64,000 bases of DNA from an uncultured Pelagibacteraceae bacterium (GCA_902617415.1 CACMWQ010000002.1:98884-162883); one strand, 5' to 3'; counted from the first letter of the stretch, positions 1-11,958 are shown. Numbers and translations are program-made. The notes: generated from the sequence alone by a model not told the origin.

Positions 1-3000
1 TGCCCAAACTTCCATTTCACCAAATCGCTGACCTCCTAATTGTGCTTTACCACCAAGAGGTTGTTGTGTTACTAGACTGTAAGGACCAGTTGATCTTGCA
101 TGAATTTTATCTTCAACTAAGTGATGAAGTTTTAACATATAAATCGTACCTACTGTAACAGGTCTATCAAATTTCTCACCTGTTCTTCCATCCCAAAGAG
201 TGGTTTGACCAGAATTTGGTAATTCTGCTAACTCTAACATTTTGGTAACATCATTTTCTTTAGCACCATCAAAAACTGGTGTAGCTATCGGAACACCATG
301 TCTTATATTTGAACATAAATCCTCAAATTCAGATTGATTTAATTTTTCAATTTCTTCATCATATATTTCTTTACCATACACATTCTTCAAAAAAGATTTA
401 ATCTTCTCTGTCTTTTCAATTTTCTTTTGGTTTTCATTTACTAAGTGATTTAACTTTTCACCTAATTCTGTACAGGACCATCCTAGGTGTGTCTCTAATA
501 TTTGACCAACATTCATCCTACTCGGAACTCCTAATGGGTTAAGAACAATGTCAACTGGTTTACCATTTTCTCTATAGGGCATATCTTCAACTGGAACTAT
601 TTTACTTACAACACCTTTATTTCCATGCCTTCCTGACATTTTATCTCCTGGTCTTAGCCTTCTTTTTATAGCAACAAAAACTTTAACCATTTTCATTACA
701 CTTGGTAATAAATCATCACCTTGTCTAATTTTTAAAACTTTATCTTCAAATCTTTCTTGAATATCTTGTTTGGCACTATTGTACTGATCTTTAATTTGGG
801 AAAGAGAAGATACTTTATCTTGCTCATCTACTGATATTTTAAATAAATCAGAAACAGGTAAATTATTGATTATCTCCTCAGATAAAACACTATTTGCCTC
901 AACATCTTTAACTTTTTTATTAATTTTTGTTCCATTTAATATTGATGACAATCTCTGTTTTATACTTCTTTCTAAAATTTCTTCTTCAACCTTTTTGTCT
1001 TCTTGAACACTCTCGATTTCTGCTCTCTCAATAGTTATTGATCTTTCATCTTTATCAATACCATGTCTATTAAATACTCTTACATCAACTACTATACCAC
1101 CACTTCCACTTGGCATTTTTAGTGATGTATCAGTAACATCAATTGCTTTTTCGCCAAATATTGATCTTAATAATTTTTCTTCAGGGCCTGATGCGGTATC
1201 TCCTTTTGGAGTAACTTTACCTACCAAAATATCTCCTGGTTTAACTTCAGCACCAATATAAACTATTCCTGACTCATCTAAATTTTTTAATGATTCCTCG
1301 TTAACATTTGGAATATCTCTCGTAATGTCTTCCTCACCCAACTTTGTATCTCTAGCCATTACTTCATATTCTTCTATGTGTATAGATGTAAATACATCGT
1401 CTGTTACACATCTCTCTGAAATTAATATTGAGTCTTCAAAGTTGTAACCTTGCCAAGGCATAAAAGCTACAGTCACATTTTTGCCTAAAGCTAATTCACC
1501 AACTTTAGTAGATGGACCATCAGCAATAATATCTCCTGACTTAACAATATCACCGACCCTTACTAAAGGTTTTTGATTTATACATGTATTTTGATTAGAT
1601 CTTTTGAATTTCTGTAAATTGTAAATATCAACACCCGATTTAGAATAATCTTTTTCTCCTGAAGCTTTTATAACTATTCTCTTACCATCAATTTTATCAA
1701 CTACACCGTCACGTCTTGCAACAATTGTTACACCTGAGTCAAGTGCTACATCACTTTCAATACCTGTTCCAACAAGGGGAGCCTCTGGTTTTAACAAAGG
1801 AACTGCTTGTCTCATCATGTTTGAACCCATTAATGCTCTATTAGCATCATCGTTTTCAAGAAAAGGAATTAATGAGGCAGCAACTGATACGAGTTGTTTT
1901 GGTGATACATCTATATAATCAATATTTTCAGGTTTAGCTAAAATAAAATTTAAATTCTGCCTACAAGAAACCAGTTCTTCAGTAAATTTTCCATTTTTGT
2001 CAATTAATGAATTAGCCTGAGCAATAGTAAACTTTGTTTCCTCCATCGCTGATAAATATTCTATATTACTTTGAACCTTACCATCCTTTACTTTTTTATA
2101 TGGACTTTCAATGAAACCATATTTATTTATTTTTGAATATGTTGATAAACTATTAATTAGTCCTATGTTTGGTCCCTCGGGAGTTTCAATTGGACAAATT
2201 CTTCCGTAATGTGTTGGATGAACGTCTCGGACTTCAAATCCAGCTCTTTCTCTTGTTAAACCACCTGGTCCTAAAGCCGATACTCTTCTTTTATGAGTGA
2301 TTTCGGAAAGTGGATTAGTTTGATCCATAAATTGAGAGAGTTGTGAGGTAGCAAAGAAATCTTTGAGAGAAATAGTCAAAGGTTTTGCATTAATCAAATC
2401 TTGAGGCATTGCTGATTCAACATCTAAAGTAGTCATTTTCTCTTTTATAGCCCTCTCCATTCTGTAGACACCTATTCTTGCCTGATTTTCCACAAGTTCA
2501 CCAACTGACCTCACTCTTCTATTTCCTAAGTGATCTATATCATCGACCTCATCTTTGCCATCTCTTAAGTCTAACATTTTCTGAATTATTGCTAATATGT
2601 CATCATTTCTTAAAATTGTAATTTTATCTGAACAATTTAGTTCTAATCGTGAATTCATTTTTACTCTTCCAACATCTGATAAATCATATCTATCAGAACT
2701 AAAAAATAGGTTATTGAATATCTGCGTTGCTATCTCTATCGTTGGAGGTTCTCCAGGTCTTAAAACCTTATAAATTTCTGTAATTGCATCATTTTTATTT
2801 TCATTTTTATCGTTGAAAATACTTAATAACAAATATGGACCTTTATTTATTGAATTAGTTCTAGAAATATCTAAAGATTTAATATCAGCTTCAATTATTT
2901 TATTAAGTAAAGTCTCGTTTATTTCTGTTCCAATTTTAAATAAATCTTCACCAACTTTAATATCTCTATGTAAAAATTTACCATATAAAGACTCGTTTGA

Positions 3001-3891
3001 AACAAAAATTTCTTTCAAGCCATCATTTGAAAGTTTTTTAGCGGTTAAAAAATTTATCTTTTCTCCTAATTTTACAACTACTTTATTATTTTTTGCATCA
3101 ATCACTTCCTCTGAAAAATTTTTGGCTTTGTAATTTTCTGGATCAAATTTTGTTTTCCACTTATTTAAATTTTTATCATAATTTAATGTTTCTTTTTGAT
3201 AAAATTCATCAACAATATCATTTTTTGAAAATCCTAAAGCTTGTAATAAAGTAGATACTAATATTTTCTTTTTTCTGTCAATTCTAAAATATAACAAATC
3301 TTTAACATCAAATTCAAAATCTAACCAAGATCCACGATTAGGAATAACACGGCAATTAAATAATAGTTTTCCACTTGCATGTGATTTACCCTTATCATGA
3401 TCAAAGAATACACCAGGACTTCTATGCATTTGATTAACAACAACTCTTTGAACTCCATTGGTTATAAAAGTTCCACTATTTGTCATCATTGGAACTTCCC
3501 CCATATAAACTTCTTGTTCTTTTGCAGATAAAATATCTTTTGTGTTATTTTCTTGATCAATCTCATAAACAACTAGTCTAAGAGTACATTTGAGTGCCGC
3601 AGAATAAGTTAGTCCTCTAGCTATACATTCCTCAACATCAAATTTAGGTTTTTCTAATTTATAAGATACATATTCTAAAGTTGCTTTATCATTTAAGTCT
3701 TCTATTGGAAAAATACTTTTAAAAACTCTATCGAAACCTTTAACAAGGTGTTGTTCAATATCTTGTTTGAATTCAGTGAGTTCTTTATAAGAATTTTTTT
3801 GTACTTCTATAAGATTTGGTATAGACAAGCTTTCCTTAAGTTTACCAAAACTTTTTCTTATATTTTTCTTTTCTGTAAAAGATAATTGCAT
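1..3891 (-). CDS. rpoB: DNA-directed RNA polymerase subunit beta; C-terminal end runs off the window
   Basis: Uninterrupted minus-strand frame from ATG at 3891 ([18 protein letters not shown]...) to base 1. Bases 36-1 translate [12 protein letters not shown], a conserved RpoB block. It is missing from the ORF track only because no stop lies in the window. It follows rplL as in the rplKAJL-rpoBC cluster. Confidence 0.95.
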   Translation of the reverse strand, partial: MQLSFTEKKNIRKSFGKLKESLSIPNLIEVQKNSYKELTEFKQDIEQHLVKGFDRVFKSIFPIEDLNDKATLEYVSYKLEKPKFDVEECIARGLTYSAALKCTLRLVVYEIDQENNTKDILSAKEQEVYMGEVPMMTNSGTFITNGVQRVVVNQMHRSPGVFFDHDKGKSHASGKLLFNCRVIPNRGSWLDFEFDVKDLLYFRIDRKKKILVSTLLQALGFSKNDIVDEFYQKETLNYDKNLNKWKTKFDPENYKAKNFSEEVIDAKNNKVVVKLGEKINFLTAKKLSNDGLKEIFVSNESLYGKFLHRDIKVGEDLFKIGTEINETLLNKIIEADIKSLDISRTNSINKGPYLLLSIFNDKNENKNDAITEIYKVLRPGEPPTIEIATQIFNNLFFSSDRYDLSDVGRVKMNSRLELNCSDKITILRNDDILAIIQKMLDLRDGKDEVDDIDHLGNRRVRSVGELVENQARIGVYRMERAIKEKMTTLDVESAMPQDLINAKPLTISLKDFFATSQLSQFMDQTNPLSEITHKRRVSALGPGGLTRERAGFEVRDVHPTHYGRICPIETPEGPNIGLINSLSTYSKINKYGFIESPYKKVKDGKVQSNIEYLSAMEETKFTIAQANSLIDKNGKFTEELVSCRQNLNFILAKPENIDYIDVSPKQLVSVAASLIPFLENDDANRALMGSNMMRQAVPLLKPEAPLVGTGIESDVALDSGVTIVARRDGVVDKIDGKRIVIKASGEKDYSKSGVDIYNLQKFKRSNQNTCINQKPLVRVGDIVKSGDIIADGPSTKVGELALGKNVTVAFMPWQGYNFEDSILISERCVTDDVFTSIHIEEYEVMARDTKLGEEDITRDIPNVNEESLKNLDESGIVYIGAEVKPGDILVGKVTPKGDTASGPEEKLLRSIFGEKAIDVTDTSLKMPSGSGGIVVDVRVFNRHGIDKDERSITIERAEIESVQEDKKVEEEILERSIKQRLSSILNGTKINKKVKDVEANSVLSEEIINNLPVSDLFKISVDEQDKVSSLSQIKDQYNSAKQDIQERFEDKVLKIRQGDDLLPSVMKMVKVFVAIKRRLRPGDKMSGRHGNKGVVSKIVPVEDMPYRENGKPVDIVLNPLGVPSRMNVGQILETHLGWSCTELGEKLNHLVNENQKKIEKTEKIKSFLKNVYGKEIYDEEIEKLNQSEFEDLCSNIRHGVPIATPVFDGAKENDVTKMLELAELPNSGQTTLWDGRTGEKFDRPVTVGTIYMLKLHHLVEDKIHARSTGPYSLVTQQPLGGKAQLGGQRFGEMEVWA

Positions 3892-3937
3892 CTAAACTAC
3901 TGATTAAAAATATAACCAGTAAATAATCCTATCTAAT

Positions 3938-4309
3938 TTATTTTAGTTCTACTTTTGCGCCCGCTGCTTCGAGTTTTTGCTTAATCTCTTCTGCTTCTTT
4001 TTTATTAACACCTGTTTTGACTTCTTTTGGTGCACCTTCAACTAAATCTTTTGCTTCTTTAAGTCCTAAAGCAGTAATAGCTCTAACTTCTTTTATAACA
4101 TTAATTTTTTTATCTCCAGCTGCAGTAAGCATAATTGTAAATTCATCTTTTTCTTCCGATGGTGCTGCTCCACCTGCTGCTGCTGGTGCTGCTGCTACAG
4201 CTGCTGCTGCAGTAACTCCCCATTTTTCTTCAAGTTGTTTTGAAAGTTCAGCTGCTTCTACAACAGTTAAACTTGATAAGTCATCTATAATTTTATTTAA
4301 GTCAGCCAT
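3938..4309 (-). CDS. rplL: 50S ribosomal protein L7/L12
   Basis: 123 aa with an Ala-rich hinge ([17 protein letters not shown]) and the C-terminal block [17 protein letters not shown]. Synteny with rplJ and rpoB. Confidence 0.97.
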   Translation of the reverse strand: MADLNKIIDDLSSLTVVEAAELSKQLEEKWGVTAAAAVAAAPAAAGGAAPSEEKDEFTIMLTAAGDKKINVIKEVRAITALGLKEAKDLVEGAPKEVKTGVNKKEAEEIKQKLEAAGAKVELK

Positions 4310-4327
4310 AGTAAATCTTGTCCCTGG

Positions 4328-4837
4328 TTATTTTTTTGATTTTTCGAGCGCTAAAATAGCGATTTTTGACGCTGGCGCAAGTAAAATACTTGCTATTTTT
4401 TGTGCTGGAGACCTCAATATTCCTACTATTTTAGCCCTAGCTTCATCCAACGAAGGCAAGGTTGCTACATTTTTGACGCCAGCAACGTCTAAAATATCCG
4501 AACCCATGATTCCACCTAGAATTTTCAAATTTTCATTTTCTTTTGAAAAATTAGTTAATATTTTCGCAGAAGTTATTGCATCTTCAGACAAAGCTACAGC
4601 TGTAGGACCTGAAAATAAGTTTGAAAGATCTTTGCATCTTGTTTTTTCTAGAGCTAATTTTGTTATTCTATTATTCGTAATTTTAAATTTTATGCCATGC
4701 TCTCTCATTTTAGCTCTTAATTCGTCAAGTTGATTCATCGTTAAACCTTGGTAATGAGTTACTATTACAGCTTCCGATTTTTCGAACTGATTTGTCATAT
4801 CAGATATATACTGTTTTTTTTGCTCTTTATTCATCAT
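4328..4837 (-). CDS. rplJ: 50S ribosomal protein L10
   Basis: 169 aa, located between rplA and rplL. Size and sequence are L10-like. Confidence 0.93.
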   Translation of the reverse strand: MMNKEQKKQYISDMTNQFEKSEAVIVTHYQGLTMNQLDELRAKMREHGIKFKITNNRITKLALEKTRCKDLSNLFSGPTAVALSEDAITSAKILTNFSKENENLKILGGIMGSDILDVAGVKNVATLPSLDEARAKIVGILRSPAQKIASILLAPASKIAILALEKSKK

Positions 4838-4839
4838 AA

Positions 4840-5529
4840 CTAAATACTTCTACCTAATTTAATTTTATATGAAACGCCCATTGTTGAAGTTATAAAGGCT
4901 TGCTTAATTAAATCGCCTTTAATCGTATTATTTGATTTTTCTTTTTCTAATGCATCTAATACCGCATTAAAATTCATTATTAATTTATCATCTGGAAAAG
5001 ATTTATTCCCTATACTTAGACCTATATTTCCCTCTTTATCATTTCTTATTTCAACTTGTCCAGATTTTGCCTCAGTTATAGCTTTTTTTACATCATTGGT
5101 TACTGATCCTAATTTTGGATTAGGCATTAATCCTTTTGGACCAAGAACTTTTCCTAGTTTTGAAAGTTTAATCATCATTCCTGGTGTACAAATTAATTTT
5201 TCAAAATTTATATTTCCCGCTTTTATTTCCTCTATAAGTTCATCTCCGCCAACAATTTCAGCACCTGCATCTTTTGCTTCTTGAGATTTATTATCTTCAC
5301 AAACAACTCCGACTTTAACTTTTTTCGAACTTCCACCTGGTAAATTAACAACTGTTCTAATATTAATCTCACTTTTCTTTTGTTTGTTGTTAATTTGTAC
5401 GCTCAAATCTAATGACTCATCAAATTTTGTTGTACAATTTTGTTTTAAAATAGGAATTAATTTTTCTACTTCTTCAGATTGCAAATCTCTAGTTTTTTCT
5501 GGTAATTTTTTAAATCTTTTTGAAGACAT
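4840..5529 (-). CDS. rplA: 50S ribosomal protein L1
   Basis: 229 aa. Contains GPKGLMPNPKLGSVT, an L1 hallmark. Synteny supports the call. Confidence 0.96.
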   Translation of the reverse strand: MSSKRFKKLPEKTRDLQSEEVEKLIPILKQNCTTKFDESLDLSVQINNKQKKSEINIRTVVNLPGGSSKKVKVGVVCEDNKSQEAKDAGAEIVGGDELIEEIKAGNINFEKLICTPGMMIKLSKLGKVLGPKGLMPNPKLGSVTNDVKKAITEAKSGQVEIRNDKEGNIGLSIGNKSFPDDKLIMNFNAVLDALEKEKSNNTIKGDLIKQAFITSTMGVSYKIKLGRSI

Positions 5530-5957
5530 TATTCAACCACCTCAATACCCATAGATCTAGCTGATCCTGCGATAATCTTTGCTGCTTCTTCAACATCATG
5601 TGCATTTAAATCAGACATTTTTTTTTCAGCTATTTCCTTTAATTGTTTTTTAGAAATTTTAGCAACTATGTTTCTACCTGGTTCTTTAGAACCACTTTTT
5701 AATTTTACTGCTTCTTTAATAAAATGAGAAGCTGGTGGTGATTTAATAATAAAGTCAAATTTTTTATCTTTATATACAGTTATAATTACAGGAACAGGTT
5801 TGCCTGCAAATGATTTTGTTTTTTCGTTAAATGCTTTACAAAATTCCATTATATTTATTCCTCTTTGACCTAATGCTGGACCCACAGGAGGCGCTGGATT
5901 AGCTTGACCTCCATTGATTTGTAATTTTATATATCCACTTATTTCTTTTTTTGCCAT
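5529..5957 (-). CDS. rplK: 50S ribosomal protein L11
   Basis: 142 aa. Contains [25 protein letters not shown], an L11 signature. Its stop overlaps the rplA start by 1 nt. Confidence 0.97.
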   Translation of the reverse strand: MAKKEISGYIKLQINGGQANPAPPVGPALGQRGINIMEFCKAFNEKTKSFAGKPVPVIITVYKDKKFDFIIKSPPASHFIKEAVKLKSGSKEPGRNIVAKISKKQLKEIAEKKMSDLNAHDVEEAAKIIAGSARSMGIEVVE

Positions 5958-6487
5958 TAACTTGCCTTTTCTACTTGACTATATTCTAAATCCACTGGTG
6001 TTGGTCTTCCAAATATTGATACTGATACTTTCAATCTCAATTTTTCTTCGTCTATATCTTCAACCAAACCACTAAATGATGCAAAAGGTCCGTCTATAAC
6101 TTGAACTTTTTCACCCACGTTGTATTCAATACCTGATTTTGGTTGTACTACACCATCTTTAATTTGACCAAGTATTTTTTCAATTTCTTTTTCGGATACA
6201 GGTATTGGTGTACCTTTCGTTCCTAAAAAGCCACTTACTTTTTTCAAACTTTTAATCATGTGGTAAATAGTATTATCCATTTCACTCTTTAATAAAATAT
6301 ATCCAGGAAAGTATTTTTTCTTTCTTTGAACTCTTTTTCCTCTTTTAACCTCAGTAATATCGTGCGTAGGTACAATAATTTCTTCAATTCTATGCATAAG
6401 ATTTGCTTTAGCGGCTTCATCTTTTATCTCTTGTGCAACTTTATTTTCAAAACTCGAGTGAGATTGTACTATATACCAATTTTTCAT
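5957..6487 (-). CDS. nusG: Transcription termination/antitermination factor NusG
   Basis: 176 aa. N-terminal [14 protein letters not shown] (NGN domain) and C-terminal KOW-like [14 protein letters not shown]. Order is secE-nusG-rplK. Confidence 0.95.
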   Translation of the reverse strand: MKNWYIVQSHSSFENKVAQEIKDEAAKANLMHRIEEIIVPTHDITEVKRGKRVQRKKKYFPGYILLKSEMDNTIYHMIKSLKKVSGFLGTKGTPIPVSEKEIEKILGQIKDGVVQPKSGIEYNVGEKVQVIDGPFASFSGLVEDIDEEKLRLKVSVSIFGRPTPVDLEYSQVEKAS

Positions 6488-6678
6488 TACAGGTTAACCT
6501 TTAAAACTAGCTCTAAAAAAAATTGAAGGACTTGATCCAATAAAAGAAAAAATAGAGCTGCAACAATAGCCATTGCAACTACCATCAAAGACCCCTGTAT
6601 AACTTCTTTACCAGTAGGCCAGGTGACTTTAAAAGCTTCTTGCTTTACGTCCTGAATAAATTTTAAAGGGTTTTTCAT
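6487..6678 (-). CDS. secE: Preprotein translocase subunit SecE
   Basis: 63 aa with one C-terminal hydrophobic helix. It occupies the classic position between tRNA-Trp and nusG. Confidence 0.88.
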   Translation of the reverse strand: MKNPLKFIQDVKQEAFKVTWPTGKEVIQGSLMVVAMAIVAALFFLLLDQVLQFFLELVLKVNL

Positions 6679-6687
6679 AATTTTTTA

Positions 6688-6763
6688 TGGCAGGAGCGGA
6701 GGGAATCGAACCCCCAACCTCCGGTTTTGGAGACCGGCGCTCTACCAATTGAGCTACACTCCT
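6688..6763 (-). tRNA. tRNA-Trp (anticodon CCA)
   Basis: Reverse complement reads AGGAGTGTAGCTCAATTGGTAGAGCGCCGGTCTCCAAAACCGGAGGTTGGGGGTTCGATTCCCTCCGCTCCTGCCA. It folds as a cloverleaf by eye, with anticodon loop CTCCAAA and an encoded CCA end. Confidence 0.92.
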
Positions 6764-6770
6764 ATGGAGT

Positions 6771-7961
6771 TTACTCTATAATTTTAGTTACTACTCCAGC
6801 TCCTACTGTTCTTCCACCTTCTCGAATAGCAAAGTTTAACTTTTCTGCCATTGCAATTGGTGTAATTAATTTAACTGTAAATTTAGCATCATCGCCCGGC
6901 ATTACCATTTCAGTTCCAGCCGGCAACTCAACTTCACCAGTAACATCAGTTGTTCTAAAATAAAACTGAGGTCTGTATTTTGTAAAGAATGGAGTATGTC
7001 TGCCACCCTCTTCTTTTTTTAATACATATGCTTGAGCTTCAAATTTAGTATGTGGAGTGATTGATCCAGGTTTGCATAATACTTGACCTCTTTCTACATC
7101 AGTTCTTTCAATTCCTCTTAAAAGAGCACCAATATTATCTCCAGCTTCACCTGAGTCTAAAAGTTTTCTAAACATTTCAACTCCTGTACACACTGTTTTT
7201 TTAGTTTCTCTTATTCCAACAATTTCTATTTCATCACCAGTTTTAATTACTCCTGACTCTACTCTACCAGTTACAACTGTACCTCTTCCTGAGATTGAAA
7301 AAACATCCTCAACAGGCATCAAGAAATCTTTATCCTTTGGTCTATCTGGCTGCGGAATAAATTCATCTACAGATTTCATAAGCTCCATTATAGAATTTTT
7401 TCCTATTTCATCATCTCTACCTTCAACTGCTGCTAATGCTGAGCCTTTTATAATAGGAGTTTTGTCACCAGGAAATTTATATGACGTAAGTAAATCTTTT
7501 ATTTCTTCTTCAACAAGTTCTATCATTTCTTTATCATCAACTTGATCGACTTTATTTAAGTAAACAACAATAGCTGGAACTCCAACTTGTCTTGCTAGAA
7601 GAATATGCTCTCTCGTTTGTGGCATTGGTCCATCAGCTGCATTAACAACTAAAATTGCACCATCCATTTGAGCTGCACCTGTAATCATGTTTTTTACATA
7701 ATCAGCATGACCAGGACAATCTACGTGTGCATAGTGTCTTTTCTCAGTTTCATATTCTACGTGAGCAGTTGAAATTGTAATTCCTCTTTCTTTTTCTTCC
7801 GGAGCTTTATCTATTTGATCATAAGCAGTAAATTGTGCACCGCCAGACTCTGCTAATACTTTTGTGATCGCAGCAGTTAATGTTGTTTTACCATGATCAA
7901 CGTGACCAATAGTTCCAATATTACAGTGCGGTTTATTTCTTACGAACTTTTCTTTTGACAT
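6771..7961 (-). CDS. tuf: Elongation factor Tu
   Basis: 396 aa with [18 protein letters not shown] and NKVD GTPase motifs. Confidence 0.98.
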   Translation of the reverse strand: MSKEKFVRNKPHCNIGTIGHVDHGKTTLTAAITKVLAESGGAQFTAYDQIDKAPEEKERGITISTAHVEYETEKRHYAHVDCPGHADYVKNMITGAAQMDGAILVVNAADGPMPQTREHILLARQVGVPAIVVYLNKVDQVDDKEMIELVEEEIKDLLTSYKFPGDKTPIIKGSALAAVEGRDDEIGKNSIMELMKSVDEFIPQPDRPKDKDFLMPVEDVFSISGRGTVVTGRVESGVIKTGDEIEIVGIRETKKTVCTGVEMFRKLLDSGEAGDNIGALLRGIERTDVERGQVLCKPGSITPHTKFEAQAYVLKKEEGGRHTPFFTKYRPQFYFRTTDVTGEVELPAGTEMVMPGDDAKFTVKLITPIAMAEKLNFAIREGGRTVGAGVVTKIIE

Positions 7962-7997
7962 TACTTGTTTACCTCTTTTTTTTCTTAATTTAATTTT

Positions 7998-8071
7998 TGG
8001 AGCGGGTAAAGGGAATCGAACCCTTACATCCAGCTTGGAAGGCTAGCGTTCTACCATTGAACTACACCCGC
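7998..8071 (-). tRNA. tRNA-Gly (anticodon TCC)
   Basis: Reverse complement reads GCGGGTGTAGTTCAATGGTAGAACGCTAGCCTTCCAAGCTGGATGTAAGGGTTCGATTCCCTTTACCCGCTCCA, with anticodon loop CTTCCAA. Confidence 0.9.
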
Positions 8072-8111
8072 AACACCCAAGTACACTCCGTGTTATAAAA
8101 AAAATTATTGA

Positions 8112-8197
<86 letters not shown>

Positions 8198-8204
8198 CAT
8201 AACA

Positions 8205-8232
8205 TAGTATATGTGAGAGCACCCCTTGTTCA
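8205..8232 (-). promoter_or_regulatory. Candidate sigma70-type promoter for the tRNA-Tyr/tRNA-Gly/tuf transcription unit
   Basis: The minus strand reads TTGAAC, then a 16-nt spacer, then TATACT. The -10 element ends 7 nt before the first base of tRNA-Tyr (8197). Confidence 0.4.
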
Positions 8233-8336
8233 ATAAAGCTTTAAACAACATGCGTTTTATATATTTTTATTGTACAAATGCAATATGTGAAATATAGGAA
8301 AATAGCATTAAAAATAGTGTAAATTCAACAATTATC

Positions 8337-9080
8337 ATGAACGAAACATCTTTTTTTATAGTTGGAAAACATGCAGTTATAGAAGCTTTAAAAAATCCAT
8401 GTAGAAAAGTATTAAAAATTTTTCTCACAGAAGAGAGCAAAAAAAATATACATAGAATAAGTTCAAGAAAAAATTTACTAAAAGACTTAAAAATTTATTA
8501 CAAAACAAGAAAAGAACTAGATAAGTATTGCTCAAAAGACGGAATTACTCATCAAGGTTATGTTGCTGAAATTGAGCATTTAGAAAAAATTAATTTGAAA
8601 GAATTTATCAAATCAAAAAAAAATTTAACAATTGCATGTTTGGATGAAGTAACAGATCCTAGAAATATAGGTTCATTAATAAGAAGTGCCGTATCATTTG
8701 AAATAGATGGAATAATTATTAAAGAAAGACATTTTCCATCAGAAAGTAAACTTATGTATAAATCTGCCAGCGGAAGCATGGAATATATAAATATATTTGA
8801 AGTATCCAATATAAACACGGCTCTTAAGTTTTTAAGAGAAAAAAATTTTTGGGTTTATGGTTTTGAAGCAAAAAGCAATAAAAAATTTAACGATTTAAAA
8901 TGGGATGGAAATAATATTTTACTTTTTGGCTCAGAAGGATTTGGTATGAGAGAGCACACAAAAAAATATATAGATTTTTCAGTAAAAATTGAAATAAATA
9001 AAAATATTGAAAGTTTAAATATATCTAACAGCGCGGCAATAGTTTTTCATCATATAAAACAATATAAAAATTTAACTTGA
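8337..9080 (+). CDS. SpoU/TrmH-family RNA 2'-O-methyltransferase (RlmB-like)
   Basis: 247 aa with the motifs LDEVTDPRNIGSLIRSA, LLFGSEGFGMRE and SLNISNSAAIVFH, typical of the SPOUT methylase fold. Confidence 0.85.
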   Translation: MNETSFFIVGKHAVIEALKNPCRKVLKIFLTEESKKNIHRISSRKNLLKDLKIYYKTRKELDKYCSKDGITHQGYVAEIEHLEKINLKEFIKSKKNLTIACLDEVTDPRNIGSLIRSAVSFEIDGIIIKERHFPSESKLMYKSASGSMEYINIFEVSNINTALKFLREKNFWVYGFEAKSNKKFNDLKWDGNNILLFGSEGFGMREHTKKYIDFSVKIEINKNIESLNISNSAAIVFHHIKQYKNLT

Positions 9081-9113
9081 TAATATTAAAAATCATAATA
9101 CAAAACTCTACAT

Positions 9114-9189
9114 GCCCTTGTAGCTCAGCTGGTAGAGCAATTGATTTGTAATCAATAGGTCCGCGGTTCGAGTCCGTGCGGGGGCACCA
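9114..9189 (+). tRNA. tRNA-Thr (anticodon TGT)
   Basis: GCCCTTGTAGCTCAGCTGGTAGAGCAATTGATTTGTAATCAATAGGTCCGCGGTTCGAGTCCGTGCGGGGGCACCA. Anticodon stem is ATTGA/TCAAT and the loop is TTTGTAA. Confidence 0.88.
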
Positions 9190-9960
9190 TTAATTAATTT
9201 CATTTCTCAATTGTTCAATTTTAATTTTTTTTTGTAAACTTCTATTTTTATCAAACAACAAATTAAATTGTATTTTTTTATTGGTTTTGATTGATATTGA
9301 TTTCGCATTTCTAACTTCAATATTATCAGCGACAGCACTTATAGGTCTTTTCATAGGATTTAGATTCCTAATTATTATTTTAGATTTATCACTAACGATT
9401 TTTCCTTTCCATCTTCTAGGTCTAAATGCACTTATAGGGCTTATAGATAACTTATTCGAATCCATACTTAAAATTGGACCATGGACTGATAGATTATATG
9501 CTGTACTTCCAGCCGGTGTTGAAACTAATACACCATCAGAAATTAAATGTTTAATAATTTGTTTTTTTCCATTTGAGATAGATAATGATGCAGTTTGTCT
9601 GCTTTGTCTTAGAACTGATATTTCATTAATTGCTATTGATTTTTTAATAACATTAGATTTATTTTTTACACGCATCTCAAGTGGTGAAATTGAGACTAAT
9701 CTACCTTTAATTAAATTATCATAATTTGTTTTTTCTGAAAATTTATTCATTAAGAAACCATAGTTGCCAGAATTTATTCCATAAAAAGGTTTTCTGTATT
9801 TATTATACTTTTTCAACGTCTCAAGCATAAAACCATCTCCACCTATAACAATAATTAGATTACATTTTGTTAATGAATTTAATTTTATTCTTTTTAAAAT
9901 TTTATTTTTTATTTTTAATGATTTAGAATTTTTATCAAATACTATAAAAGGATTAACCAT
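9190..9960 (-). CDS. nadK: NAD kinase
   Basis: Contains the GGDGFML motif and NAD-kinase-like sequence. I trimmed the track ORF (9190-9999) to the Met at 9960 (MVNPFIVFDK) because its first 13 codons are read from the tRNA-Leu gene. Confidence 0.88.
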   Translation of the reverse strand: MVNPFIVFDKNSKSLKIKNKILKRIKLNSLTKCNLIIVIGGDGFMLETLKKYNKYRKPFYGINSGNYGFLMNKFSEKTNYDNLIKGRLVSISPLEMRVKNKSNVIKKSIAINEISVLRQSRQTASLSISNGKKQIIKHLISDGVLVSTPAGSTAYNLSVHGPILSMDSNKLSISPISAFRPRRWKGKIVSDKSKIIIRNLNPMKRPISAVADNIEVRNAKSISIKTNKKIQFNLLFDKNRSLQKKIKIEQLRNEIN

Positions 9961-9963
9961 TAA

Positions 9964-10049
9964 TGGTGCCCTCGGCCAGACTCGAACCGGCACTCCCAAA
10001 AGGGCAAGGATTTTAAGTCCTTTGTGTCTACCAATTTCACCACGAGGGC
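9964..10049 (-). tRNA. tRNA-Leu (anticodon TAA), intact host copy A
   Basis: Reverse complement reads GCCCTCGTGGTGAAATTGGTAGACACAAAGGACTTAAAATCCTTGCCCTTTTGGGAGTGCCGGTTCGAGTCTGGCCGAGGGCACCA. It is 86 nt with a long variable arm and anticodon loop CTTAAAA. Confidence 0.92.
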
Positions 10050-10100
10050 TTTTAAATATTTTCTCATTATTAATAATCTATATAACATTAAATAAAAATA

Positions 10101-10799
10101 ATGAAAAAAATTTTGATAGGAACTGCTACTTATAATGAAGTAACTAATATAGAAATACTAATCAATAAAATAAATAATCTTGAATTAAATTTAGACATTA
10201 TTATAGTTGATGATAGTTCACCTGACGGTACCAGCAAAAAAATAAAAGAATTAAAAACAAAATTCTCAAATATAATTCTAATCAAGAGAAAAAATAAAAC
10301 TGGTTTAGATACAGCTCATAAATTAATTTTTAAGTATGCAAATCATAATAAATATAGGTATTTAATAACGCTAGATGCTGATCTTTCTCATGATCCAGGA
10401 TTGATAAAAGTTTTTTTAAAAAAAATAAAAAATTATGACACTGTATTAGGATCTAGATACATTAAAGGTGGAAAAAATGAATTAACAGGTTGGAGGTTTT
10501 TAATTAGTAAATATGGAAATTTAATAATTAAAAAAATTTTAAATTCTAAACTAAATGAATTTACAACTTCTTATAGATGTTTTGATCTAAAAAAATTAAA
10601 AAATTTTAATCTAAAAAAGGTAAAAGCAAAGGGATATAGTTTTTTTATGAATACAGTTTATTTATTAGAAAAGAATAATTACAATATCAAAGAAATACCT
10701 ATTAAATTTCACCAAAGGAAAAAAGGGAAATCTAAAATACCTAAAATTGAAATTTTTAGAACAATATTAAACTTATTTATAATAAAATTTAAAGACTAG
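10101..10799 (+). CDS. GT2 polyprenol-phosphate glycosyltransferase (Dpm1/GtrB/ArnC-like)
   Basis: 232 aa with IIIVDDSSPDGT, TLDADLSHDP and VLGSRYIKGG blocks, characteristic of dolichol/undecaprenol-phosphate sugar synthases. Confidence 0.85.
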   Translation: MKKILIGTATYNEVTNIEILINKINNLELNLDIIIVDDSSPDGTSKKIKELKTKFSNIILIKRKNKTGLDTAHKLIFKYANHNKYRYLITLDADLSHDPGLIKVFLKKIKNYDTVLGSRYIKGGKNELTGWRFLISKYGNLIIKKILNSKLNEFTTSYRCFDLKKLKNFNLKKVKAKGYSFFMNTVYLLEKNNYNIKEIPIKFHQRKKGKSKIPKIEIFRTILNLFIIKFKD

Positions 10800-11958
10800 T
10801 TTTTAAAAGATTTGGTGATTGTATTTTTGAATTTAATAAAAATAAATAAATCAACATTATAAAATTAATTAATAAATCTATACTTGATGGAACAATTACT
10901 TCTTGCTTAAAATAGATCATCTTTAAATATTCAATAAACCTTATTCCATACCAAAAATAAAAAATTATTAATATTGAGATAATTGATCTTTTAAAATTTA
11001 AATTTTTAAAATTATAGATTAATGTAGGTAATAGAACTATATAATCATAAATAAGATGGCCGAATATCATCAGATTTGAGATGCACATTAAATTTAAAAA
11101 TAATATTGGATCGGTTATTTTTGAAATTTTTTTTCCAAAAAATAAGGAAACTAAAATTACAATTAAAATCAAAAAATAAGTATGATTTTTACTTGCTTTA
11201 AAAAAATTAAAATTACTTAATATTGAATATAAATCTCCCCTAGTCAAAGTATCATCAAAACCTTTTAATCCAGCATATAGAGGTTGAAATATTGTTGTGA
11301 TTATATTTTGATCTAAATAAATCGAAAATATGATCCAACCGATGGTACAGAATAGTCCAGAAATAATTAGACTTTTAAACCCATCTTTAAAAAAAATAGC
11401 AAAAGCCAACAAAGGCATAAAGCTATATTTCATATAAGAAAATCCATAAAAAAAGTTTCGAAGATATTTATGTTTAATAAAAACTGAACAAAAACAAAGC
11501 AAGATTAATAAACTTGTCTGTCCATTTCCTATGCAATTTCTAAATGGAGTTGAAAGAAAAAATAGTGAAATAATTATAAGAATGTATTTTTTATCTATTT
11601 TACAATAACTGCCTATGATTATCCCTACAATTGTTCCAATTGAAAGATTTATTAAACTCCAGATTAATCGTGATATTTCATAATCAAAAAAACTAAAAAA
11701 ATAAAAAAAGATGTAGGTTGCGTGCGAGTAAACAGGGTATTGAGCTCCAATAATTCTGTCTAAATTATTGTTGTATAAAAAATATTCATACGGATTAACT
11801 TTTTCTTTGAAAAGCAACGTTGGGCTGTATTGAAAATCCATACTTCCATAAGTATTTGCTATATATAAAGCGTAGAATGCAGATAAAATCCCTAAAGATA
11901 AAATAAAAAATAAAATTATTTTATTTTTTAAAAAACTCAATTTATTAAGTTTTTCCAT
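10789..11958 (-). CDS. Polytopic membrane protein, putative GT-C-type glycosyltransferase
   Basis: 389 aa with many hydrophobic segments along its whole length. It is convergent with, and overlaps by 11 nt, the GT2 lipid-sugar synthase gene. The functional call comes from architecture and partnership only. Confidence 0.5.
   Translation of the reverse strand: MEKLNKLSFLKNKIILFFILSLGILSAFYALYIANTYGSMDFQYSPTLLFKEKVNPYEYFLYNNNLDRIIGAQYPVYSHATYIFFYFFSFFDYEISRLIWSLINLSIGTIVGIIIGSYCKIDKKYILIIISLFFLSTPFRNCIGNGQTSLLILLCFCSVFIKHKYLRNFFYGFSYMKYSFMPLLAFAIFFKDGFKSLIISGLFCTIGWIIFSIYLDQNIITTIFQPLYAGLKGFDDTLTRGDLYSILSNFNFFKASKNHTYFLILIVILVSLFFGKKISKITDPILFLNLMCISNLMIFGHLIYDYIVLLPTLIYNFKNLNFKRSIISILIIFYFWYGIRFIEYLKMIYFKQEVIVPSSIDLLINFIMLIYLFLLNSKIQSPNLLKTSL

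Noticed and set aside
2813-3133. 106-aa plus-strand ORF inside rpoB
   Set aside because: It is antisense to the continuous rpoB frame, has no independent signals, and its composition is that of an AT-rich shadow ORF.
4017-4733. 238-aa plus-strand ORF across rplL/rplJ
   Set aside because: It is antisense to two unmistakable ribosomal protein genes. Its Ala/Ser-rich translation is just the mirror of the L7/L12 hinge, so it is an artefact.
9961-9999. N-terminal extension of NAD kinase (MGVPVRVWPRAPL) and the similar extension of ORF 42154-42654
   Set aside because: Both extensions are translations of tRNA-Leu gene sequence; the same peptide-like string GVPVRVWPRAP appears in both places. I trimmed the starts to internal Met codons.
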